Positions 1-9,452 of a DNA stretch of 39,875 bases are shown here, in pieces. The stretch is taken from assembly GCA_046289535.1 (NCBI GenBank), contig JBKBVO010000001.1:1-39875 (forward strand), given 5' to 3'. The position numbers were made by a program, and so were the translations under genes. The notes beneath the pieces are model-generated. The model ran no database searches, had not been told where the DNA came from, and was given only the letters and a program-made list of their open reading frames with translations. Position 1 is the first letter of the stretch. Each line of letters opens with the position of its first letter. The DNA is from Deinococcales bacterium. Its GTDB lineage: Bacteria; Deinococcota; Deinococci; Deinococcales; JAAFIG01.

Positions 1-137
1 ACCAGCCCTTGGGTAAAGGCTTTGGGGTCGTGAGCATAGGTTTTGACTACAGCGTAGCTCTGCAGAGCGGCTCGAGGGCTTTGAGCAAAGCCACCAGACA
101 ATAAAATTACCGCAGCGACAGCAAAAAAGTGTTTCAT
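1..137 (-). CDS. Glutaminyl-peptide cyclotransferase-like secreted protein, N-terminal fragment (gene continues past the left edge)
   Basis: A reverse-strand ATG at 135-137 gives MKHFFAVAAVILLSGGFAQSPRAALQSYAVVKTYAHDPKAFTQGL. This reads as a signal peptide followed by the Y.V..Y.HD..AFTQGL motif typical of bacterial/plant-type glutamine cyclotransferases. The fragment is too short to appear in the ORF track. Confidence 0.45.
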   Translation of the reverse strand, partial: MKHFFAVAAVILLSGGFAQSPRAALQSYAVVKTYAHDPKAFTQGL

Positions 138-234
138 AAGGTCATGCTATTCAATGACAGCTTGTGAGTTATGAGTTGCGAAAGTTCAGGTGTTTTATTT
201 CTTTTTGTATTCCATTCAACAAGATTTTTTGAAT

Positions 235-2238
235 CTAGTGCTTTGTTTCAAGACGAATCGGTGTATTGTGGAATAAACTCCCCCCACCTAAATCGGTGAG
301 CTTCTGACTGGTCAGCGTGTTAATGCCCATACCGTCTGGCGCGTACTTGCCCCACCATATGCCTTCCACCACAACCACACCTCGAGTTGTCGCTTCGGTT
401 ACTTTGACGCGGCGCACCACGCTCCCCTGACGGCTCACAATCCGCACTTGCTGCCCATGCTCGAGTTTGTTGTCCACTGCGTCTTGAGGATGAATCATCG
501 CCGTGGGTTCGCCACCCTCTAAACCACGAATCTTCTCGAGTTCGCCATACGTTGTATTCAAAAAATGATGTGCTGGTGGAGTCATTAGCTTTAGTGGAAA
601 TTCTCTATCGGTGCAATCTTGCGGCTCGAGATAAGCTGGCGGTGGGTCGAGGTGGAATTTGCCATCTGTGGTAAATGCCGAGCCGTTTTGGTAGGGAAGA
701 AACTCTTGCGGCACGTGAAGACGCACATAGCCTTGTTGCTTTAGCTGTTCGAGTGTGATTCCAGCCACGTAGGGATGGTTTGTCTCGAGCAGCTGTTGCA
801 CAAGAGTTGGTGTATCCCAATAAACGCTTTCTTCTGTTACTCCAAGACGACGACCAAGTTCAGCAAAAATCCAAGAATTGGCTCGAGACTCAAAATATGG
901 CTCTGTAGCAGCTTGGTTATAGCTTAAATAGTAATGTCCGTAAGCCGTATAAATATCGTCGTGTTCTAAAAATGTTGTGGCAGGCAGTAGAAAATCTGCC
1001 AATTCAGCACTTTCGGTGTAGGCGTTTTCCAACACCACCGTGAGTAAATCTTCGCGTTTCATACCCGCTTGTACCGCTCCAGAATCGGGTGCGACTACTG
1101 CGGGGTTGCAGTTGTAAACAAACATCGCTTTGATTCCATTGTGCGGCTCGAGTTCGCGCCCAAGTTGGTTCATGTTCACGCGACGCGTCTGTTGTTTGAG
1201 CAAATGTAGTGCGCCTAGTTTTGAGCGGTTAAGCTGAAATGCTCCAGAAGTCGAAAGTAGTGCTCCGCCGCCGCGGTGTTTCCACTGCCCTGTCAGGATT
1301 GGCAAAATGGTGACGGCACGTTGTGCATTGCCGCCACCTTCATGGCGTGTCATACCATAACTGGTGCGGATAAAACTTGGGGTAGTGCTGGCATACTCAA
1401 GCGCAAGGGCTTGGATGGTTGCCGCCTGTATGCCTGTGGCTTCGACGGTGCGCGCAAGTGTCCAATCTTTGGCGGCTGCCACAAGTACTTCAAAACCTCG
1501 GGTTTGCTGCGTGACAAATTCTTTGTCCAGATACGGACTCGAGATGATGAAATTTGCCATGTACAGTGCCAATGCTGCATCCGTGCCTGGACGAATGCGA
1601 ATGTGTTGGTCGGCAAATAGGCTAGTTTTATTTTGATATGGGTCAATGTGGATAATCTTTGCTCCATTGCGCCGTGCTGCGGTCAAAAAAGGGGTAAGGT
1701 GGCTATTGGTCGCCAAGCTATTGATGCCCCAAAGCAGAATCAGTTTGGCGTGTAGTACATCCTCGGGGTTGGTACCTAAGCGCGCATTGCCATAGGTTTT
1801 AGCCCAAGCTGCACTGCCTGTCGTGGCACAGATGGTTTCCTCGAGTTCAATAGCTCCGAGTGCGCGAAAGAGCGCGTGTGCGTGTGCGCCTTGGTGCAAG
1901 CCCATGGTACCCCCGTAGTTATAGCGCAAAATGCTTTCTGCCCCGTGTTCGGCAATGATTGTTTGTACTCGAGCTGCGATTTCGTCTAAGGCTTCGTTCC
2001 ACGTGAGTTGCTGCCAGCGCCCTTGTCCTTTTTTGCCAACGCGTTTTTGTGGGTATTTGGGGCGAGTTTCCAAATAGGCGCGTTCGGGGTAGCGGTAAGT
2101 CTTGCTGCAAGCAAATCCCTTGGTGATGGGATGGTCTGGGTCTCCGGTAATTGTCATGGCGCGTCCGTTCTCGAGGGTGACAAGCAGCGAGCAGGCATCG
2201 GGGCAATCAAGTGGGCAAGTTTGGCGCACAACAGTCAT
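235..2238 (-). CDS. Molybdopterin (MopB superfamily) oxidoreductase with N-terminal Fe-S cysteine cluster
   Basis: 672-aa ORF. The N-terminus CPLDCPDACSL...GFACSK is a MopB-type 4Fe-4S motif, and the length and overall pattern fit molybdopterin oxidoreductases. I chose the ATG at 2238 (MTVVRQTCPLDC); the ORF-track start at 2253 is a TTG. Confidence 0.85.
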   Translation of the reverse strand: MTVVRQTCPLDCPDACSLLVTLENGRAMTITGDPDHPITKGFACSKTYRYPERAYLETRPKYPQKRVGKKGQGRWQQLTWNEALDEIAARVQTIIAEHGAESILRYNYGGTMGLHQGAHAHALFRALGAIELEETICATTGSAAWAKTYGNARLGTNPEDVLHAKLILLWGINSLATNSHLTPFLTAARRNGAKIIHIDPYQNKTSLFADQHIRIRPGTDAALALYMANFIISSPYLDKEFVTQQTRGFEVLVAAAKDWTLARTVEATGIQAATIQALALEYASTTPSFIRTSYGMTRHEGGGNAQRAVTILPILTGQWKHRGGGALLSTSGAFQLNRSKLGALHLLKQQTRRVNMNQLGRELEPHNGIKAMFVYNCNPAVVAPDSGAVQAGMKREDLLTVVLENAYTESAELADFLLPATTFLEHDDIYTAYGHYYLSYNQAATEPYFESRANSWIFAELGRRLGVTEESVYWDTPTLVQQLLETNHPYVAGITLEQLKQQGYVRLHVPQEFLPYQNGSAFTTDGKFHLDPPPAYLEPQDCTDREFPLKLMTPPAHHFLNTTYGELEKIRGLEGGEPTAMIHPQDAVDNKLEHGQQVRIVSRQGSVVRRVKVTEATTRGVVVVEGIWWGKYAPDGMGINTLTSQKLTDLGGGSLFHNTPIRLETKH

Positions 2239-2285
2239 GCTCGAGTCTAACAAAATACCGATGTACGATATGGTAGGATATAACC

Positions 2286-2540
2286 ATGAAAGCCAGTATC
2301 TATATACCAGACGAGTTGTATCAGGAGGTTCAAGAGTACCTCAAAATTTACCCACAAAAAAATCTGTCGGGTTTAATCCGCGAAGCACTCGAGGAAAAAC
2401 TTAAACCCAAAACTAGTCGCTTGCTCGAGTTGGCGGGTTTTGTTTCTTCAGACAAACTTGCTGGTCGTACCAAGGAAGATTGGGCGGAACTTCTGCGCCA
2501 AGGTAAGCACGAAGAACGTCAGCCAGTCACAAACTCTTAA
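2286..2540 (+). CDS. vapB: Ribbon-helix-helix (CopG/VapB-like) antitoxin
   Basis: 84 aa. MKASIYIPDELYQEVQEYLK...GLIREALEEKL is a typical RHH N-terminus. It lies 10 bp upstream of a PIN-domain ORF. Confidence 0.6.
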   Translation: MKASIYIPDELYQEVQEYLKIYPQKNLSGLIREALEEKLKPKTSRLLELAGFVSSDKLAGRTKEDWAELLRQGKHEERQPVTNS

Positions 2541-2549
2541 TTCTTAATT

Positions 2550-2956
2550 ATGCAGTTGCTTGTTCTTGATACTGGCGTATTACTTGCCTATTTTAACCAA
2601 AAGGATCATAGCCATGCCCAAGCACTGCGCGGCTTTCGTCAACTTGCCCGAGAAGGTACAAGATTAGTGGTTAGTTCAAGTGTTGTTTTGGAAACTGCAA
2701 AACGTATGCTTTTCGATGTCAGCCCTGTGGCAATGCGTGTGGCTACCGAAATCATGTTTGAAACCTTGGAAATTGTGGATACCACCAAACCTAGTATTCA
2801 AAATGCCCTTGATTTAATCATGCGCCTCAATCATCGCACCATATCACTTGAGGATGCTGTGGTCATCAATCTGGCACTGACCTTTAACGCCCCCGTTTGG
2901 ACATATAACTACCGCGATTTTGGCGGCATTAAAAATCTCGAGTTTTGGACACCTGC

Positions 2957-2960
<4 letters not shown>
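2550..2960 (+). CDS. vapC: PIN-domain ribonuclease toxin (VapC family)
   Basis: 136 aa. The N-terminal LVLDTGVLLAYF carries the first acidic PIN residue, and the size and pairing with a small RHH gene fit. The region is visibly more AT-rich than its neighbours. Confidence 0.7.
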
Positions 2961-5023
<2,063 letters not shown>

Positions 5024-5066
5024 TCATATTTGCGCCATATTCATCTTTATTTGTCAAACTGTGTTT

Positions 5067-5657
5067 ATGAAATGGGTCGTTTGGATACTGGTAGCACTGG
5101 GGCTAGGCTTTTTTTTAGGTCGCTCGAGCATCGTTCCGCCGCTCGAGAACAGCCCAGAAGTAACTTTTGCGCGAGATATGCGCGCTCATCATATGCAGGC
5201 AGTAGACATGGCAACGCGCATCCGCGACCGTACTGCAGACCTCAAATTGCGAATTCTGGCAACCGATATGCTCCTTACTCAACAAAATGAACTCGGGCAG
5301 ATGCAGGCTTGGTTAGACACTTGGGGGCTGCCATTGACGGGGCGCGACCCCGTGATGGGTGGAAATCAAGAGATGATGGGTATGACCACCCGAGCTGAAG
5401 TCTCGAGCCTGAGCATTTTGCCAGTGCGCGAAGCCGAAATTAAATTTTTGCAACTGATGATTCGTCACCATCAAGGCGGGGTGATGATGGCGCAGGAAGT
5501 CTTGTCAAAAAACCCTCGAGCACCTGTAAAGCAGCTTGCAAATAGCATTATGCACGGACAAAAAATCGAAATAGATGCCATGACCGATTATCTCGGGCGG
5601 CGCGGAGCCAAACCACTCGAGCCGTTAGCGCCAATGAAGATGAGCAATCACCGCTAA
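5067..5657 (+). CDS. DUF305 family protein (secreted or membrane-anchored, metal-stress associated family)
   Basis: Duplicated HH-containing helices (RDMRAHHMQAVDMA and MIRHHQGGVMMAQ) are typical of DUF305. Start set at the ATG at 5067 (MKWVVWILVALGLGFF signal/anchor). The upstream part of the track ORF overlaps udk. Confidence 0.75.
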   Translation: MKWVVWILVALGLGFFLGRSSIVPPLENSPEVTFARDMRAHHMQAVDMATRIRDRTADLKLRILATDMLLTQQNELGQMQAWLDTWGLPLTGRDPVMGGNQEMMGMTTRAEVSSLSILPVREAEIKFLQLMIRHHQGGVMMAQEVLSKNPRAPVKQLANSIMHGQKIEIDAMTDYLGRRGAKPLEPLAPMKMSNHR

Positions 5658-5677
5658 TGGCTAAGTAATACACCTGC

Positions 5678-5699
5678 CGTAACTCGAGTTACGCCTTTT
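5678..5699 (+). terminator. Weak terminator-like hairpin after the DUF305 gene (perfect 16-bp palindrome CGTAACTCGAGTTACG followed by CCTTTTG)
   Basis: Perfect palindrome at 5678-5693 centred on a CTCGAG site, followed by a short T-run. Confidence 0.3.
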
Positions 5700-5893
5700 G
5701 CGAGGTGTAAGGCGCTGGGTCTAGTCTGGTAGTTTCGGGCAGGAGCATTTAAGTAAGTGCTTCGCCCAAAAAGTCTTTGTATTAGGTCTGTTGCCGTGTT
5801 TACAAAGCGCCTCAGGTTGCATGGCTCGCCAAAAATCGTAGGTTTTTATTGGCAGCGTAGCACAATTACATTTTCATTGACGGTGTAGCACAA

Positions 5894-6391
5894 TTACAGC
5901 AGTTGGTCGTGGTTACTGTTGGTTTTGCCAAAAGCCCAACTCGCAAAAGCAAAAACCACAGGTCCAATCAGCAAAGTCAAAATCAGTTCGGGCAAAAAAC
6001 GATAGATGAGCGTCTCGAGCGAGATTAAATTTTGCCGTGTCCAATAATTGAGTGCAATAAACACAACCCATTTACCCAAAAGCGCTACAAATACCGCCGC
6101 TGCATGATGAAGGCTGCTCTCTGCCGATAAGCCACGGCGCACAAAGCTCGAGACAAATACCCCTGCCATGATTCCTGCGGCATGGAAGCCCAATAAACCC
6201 CAGCCTAAAATGTCTTGCAATAAACCAAGCCCATAACCCACACACAATGCCGCAAAGAGTGGCACTCGAGTTGCCACAAACAACGCCACCAATGAAAATA
6301 AATCTGGAGTGGACAAAAACGTAGGCAAGAGCACACCCAGCGAGCCCTGCAAGCCGAGCAAAACCACCATAAAAATAAGACGGCGAAACAT
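5894..6391 (-). CDS. mreD: Rod shape-determining protein MreD
   Basis: 165-aa polytopic membrane protein immediately downstream of mreC (adjacent stop and start), with an MreD-like GLLQD segment. Confidence 0.7.
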   Translation of the reverse strand: MFRRLIFMVVLLGLQGSLGVLLPTFLSTPDLFSLVALFVATRVPLFAALCVGYGLGLLQDILGWGLLGFHAAGIMAGVFVSSFVRRGLSAESSLHHAAAVFVALLGKWVVFIALNYWTRQNLISLETLIYRFLPELILTLLIGPVVFAFASWAFGKTNSNHDQLL

Positions 6392-7165
6392 CTAGGGCAG
6401 CCTCAATACATAAACTTGTTCGAGCGCAGAAATATCCACATGGGGGCTAATCTCGAGGGTTTGTCCGAGCGTGTCACCGCGTGAAGCCGAGACTCCTGTC
6501 ACTACACCCAATTGCACTGTAGGAAAAACACCACCAGGCGAATTGCTGCTAAAGACCAGATCGCCTACTTTGACCTTAGGGTTTTTGTAATCCTCGGCGC
6601 GAATAAACCGTCCCGAAACCCCACGGGCTACAGCAACCGAATTATAGCGTGCAACTTTAATACCCACACGAAAATCAGGGTCTAGGATGGTTCTCACCAG
6701 GGCGCTTGTTTCGTCTACCTGCATCACATCGCCAACCAAGCCGCGTGGCGTGGTTACTGCCATTTTTGGCTGTACACCATCTCTGCGTCCTTTATTGATA
6801 CGAATTTCTGCATTGAGTGCACCAAATTGAAAAGCGATAACTTGAGCATCGGTGAGTACCGAATTGGTTTGGGTACGGATAATCTGTTGCACTTCGGTTT
6901 GTTTTTGCACTTGTTGCTCGAGTTTATTGACCCGCAATTCGAGTTCTCCAACTTTGTTTTTGAGGTTGGTGTTTTCGGTATGCAGGTCACGCTCCAAAAT
7001 CAAGGCTTCAAAAAAGAAACGCAAATTTAAGCCGCCTGTGGTAAAAATCTGCCACAAAGGTGTGATACCGCTCGAGAGCGCCAAAGGTGCTTTAGGCGCA
7101 AAGCGTGTGCTGATGAGTGACAGCACCAACAAAACCCCAAAAAGCAAGCCGATTCTCGAGTTCAT
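6392..7165 (-). CDS. mreC: Rod shape-determining protein MreC
   Basis: 257 aa with an N-terminal anchor, a coiled-coil (NLKNKVGELELRVNKLEQQVQKQ) and a C-terminal beta-rich domain with GLVG.V and the G.FP..QLGVV motif. Confidence 0.85.
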   Translation of the reverse strand: MNSRIGLLFGVLLVLSLISTRFAPKAPLALSSGITPLWQIFTTGGLNLRFFFEALILERDLHTENTNLKNKVGELELRVNKLEQQVQKQTEVQQIIRTQTNSVLTDAQVIAFQFGALNAEIRINKGRRDGVQPKMAVTTPRGLVGDVMQVDETSALVRTILDPDFRVGIKVARYNSVAVARGVSGRFIRAEDYKNPKVKVGDLVFSSNSPGGVFPTVQLGVVTGVSASRGDTLGQTLEISPHVDISALEQVYVLRLP

Positions 7166-7794
7166 GCTTTCACCCAGGGTAATAGCTTTAGCCCCGCAGC
7201 ATTTGCAGTTTCGAGCAGACAGGCAATGGGCAGCCCGACCACATTAAAGTAATCACCTTCGATGCGTGCAACAAGAGCCATTCCAAGCGCCTGAATCCCA
7301 TAACCACCCGCTTTGTCCAGTCCTTCGCGGCTACTCGCATAGCCTAGAATTTCGGCATCGCTCAGGGCGCGAAACTTTACTCGAGTCACCTCGACGGCAC
7401 TGCTCGAGAGATTTGCGCCTACCAAGGCAATACCCGTGTAGACCTCATGCCAATTTCCCGAGAGCTGGCGAATAAATTGGGCATTCTCTGCAATGCTGGC
7501 AGGTTTATTGAGGATGACCTCACCAATAGCAACGGTGGTGTCTGCTGCCAGTACTATGGCGTTTGGCTCGAGCCGCGCAACCTCTTGGGCTTTTTGCAGT
7601 GCCAATTGTTGTACCATGCGGCTTGGATTTTTTTCTTGACTGGTTTCGTCTATGTCGGCAGCGCGTACCCGAAACACAATACCCAAGCGCTCTAACAATT
7701 CGCGCCGGCGGGGGCTAGCTGATGCCAACACAAGATCAAACACAAACGATAGTTTAACCCGAGATTGTGAACTGGGTGAAGTGTATGTTTGCAT
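7162..7794 (-). CDS. maf: Maf-like nucleoside triphosphate pyrophosphatase
   Basis: LVLASASPRRRELLERLGI is the canonical Maf N-terminus, and there is a 4-bp overlap with the mreC start. The start is uncertain: ATG at 7794, or GTG at 7743 which would give a typical Maf length. Confidence 0.85.
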   Translation of the reverse strand: MQTYTSPSSQSRVKLSFVFDLVLASASPRRRELLERLGIVFRVRAADIDETSQEKNPSRMVQQLALQKAQEVARLEPNAIVLAADTTVAIGEVILNKPASIAENAQFIRQLSGNWHEVYTGIALVGANLSSSAVEVTRVKFRALSDAEILGYASSREGLDKAGGYGIQALGMALVARIEGDYFNVVGLPIACLLETANAAGLKLLPWVKA

Positions 7795-7815
7795 CGCCTG
7801 TGTCAGAATCTGAGC

Positions 7816-8388
7816 ATGCAGCCATTGGTGGTCGGGATAACAGGAGCAAGCGGAGTACAATATGCACTGGATTTACTCGAGACGCTGCAAACGATTTCTA
7901 TAGAAACACATTTGGTCGTCTCTGAGGGAGCAAAACGTGTCCTCGCCGAAGAACTTGGTATGGGCACTCGAGACCTTTCGGCTATGGTCAGCACCTTGCA
8001 CGATGACCGAGATGTCGGGGCTGGGATTGCCAGTGGTTCGTTTCGCACGCTTGGTATGGTGGTGATTCCGTGCAGCGCCAGCAGTTTGGCAAAAATTGCA
8101 CACGGCATGGCAGATACACTGATTACCCGTGCCGCTCACGTGCACCTCAAAGAGCGGCGCAACCTCGTTCTAGTGCCGCGCGAAACGCCCTACTCGCGCC
8201 CGATGCTCGAGGCGATGCTCAGGGCGCATGATGCGGGCGCACGGATTTTGGCGGCAAACCCTGGGTTTTATGGCAACCCACAGAGCGTCAAAGACCTATT
8301 AGGCTTTATTACGGCGCGGGTTTTAGATAATCTTGGCGTAGAAAACCAGCGCAGTCTGCGTTGGAAAGAACCAACCTCAAAAACGTAA
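7816..8388 (+). CDS. ubiX: Flavin prenyltransferase UbiX
   Basis: MQPLVVGITGASG...IPCS..SLAKIAHG...LVPRETP is the characteristic UbiX/Pad1 pattern. I chose the ATG at 7816 inside the longer track ORF. Confidence 0.9.
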   Translation: MQPLVVGITGASGVQYALDLLETLQTISIETHLVVSEGAKRVLAEELGMGTRDLSAMVSTLHDDRDVGAGIASGSFRTLGMVVIPCSASSLAKIAHGMADTLITRAAHVHLKERRNLVLVPRETPYSRPMLEAMLRAHDAGARILAANPGFYGNPQSVKDLLGFITARVLDNLGVENQRSLRWKEPTSKT

Positions 8389-8507
8389 GCTTCAAACTTG
8401 AGTAGAAGCCTCGTGGCGCCGGTGGTTTATGGGTTGATTACACACTATCAGGACTTTTAGAGCATATTGCGCGTGCTAGAGCTTTAAAATGAAAGTCTTG
8501 GTGGTAT

Positions 8508-9452
8508 ATGATTGCTTTGATGGTTACACTCGAGGACATACAAGCCGCAGCCGCACGCATTCGCGGGGTTGCTCGCCACACCCCACTACTGCCACTTGAA
8601 GGTGGTATTTACCTCAAGCCCGAAAACCTACAAGTCACAGGGAGCTTCAAATTTCGCGGCGCATACAACGCAATCTCGAGCTTAGGACAGGTGCGCGGCG
8701 TGGTCGCCGACTCGAGCGGTAACCACGCCCAAGGGGTCGCGGCAGCTGCAAAAATGCACAATATCCCCGCGACAATTGTGATTCCCGAAAATGCTCCGAA
8801 TATCAAGGTTCAACGCACCAAGGCATGGGGTGCAGAAATTGTGCGCTGCTCCAATGCTTCGAGCGAACGGATGCGTATAGCTATGGAGATTCGTGACCAG
8901 CGCGGTCTCGAGTATATTGCCCCCTTCGATGATGCACGTATGATTGCCGGACAAGGTACGATTGGACTCGAGATTCTGCGCGATATGCAGGATGTAACCG
9001 CGGTTTTGGTTTGTGTTGGTGGAGGCGGTTTGCTCGGCGGCATTGCCAAAGCAATCAAAAGCCTGTCGCCAAAAACCAAAGTGATTGGCGTAGAACCCGA
9101 ACTCGCCGCAGATGCCAGAGATTCATTTTATGCACGTGAACGCCGCGCTTGGGATGCCAGTTTGGTCACACGCACCATCTGCGATGGGGTACGGACACAG
9201 GGCGTTGGCGAGCTGAATTGGGAAATCATTAAAAACCATGTGGACGACATTATTACCGTTTCTGAAGAAGCGGTTCTCGAGGCGATGCGCTACCTTTTTC
9301 TCGAGACAAAATTAGCTGTCGAACCAACTGGTTCGCTGACTGCAGCAGCGATTCGCTCGGGAGCCTTTGAGCCGCTTGGCAAGACGGTGTGCGTCGTATC
9401 AGGCGGTAACTACGACCCGCAAATTCTGGGACAGGTCTTGGGCGCTACTTAA
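8508..9452 (+). CDS. PLP-dependent threonine/serine dehydratase (short, catabolic type without regulatory domain)
   Basis: 314 aa with the PLP-lysine motif SFKFRGA, the glycine loop GGGGLLGG, and fold-type II PLP enzyme architecture. Confidence 0.8.
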   Translation: MIALMVTLEDIQAAAARIRGVARHTPLLPLEGGIYLKPENLQVTGSFKFRGAYNAISSLGQVRGVVADSSGNHAQGVAAAAKMHNIPATIVIPENAPNIKVQRTKAWGAEIVRCSNASSERMRIAMEIRDQRGLEYIAPFDDARMIAGQGTIGLEILRDMQDVTAVLVCVGGGGLLGGIAKAIKSLSPKTKVIGVEPELAADARDSFYARERRAWDASLVTRTICDGVRTQGVGELNWEIIKNHVDDIITVSEEAVLEAMRYLFLETKLAVEPTGSLTAAAIRSGAFEPLGKTVCVVSGGNYDPQILGQVLGAT

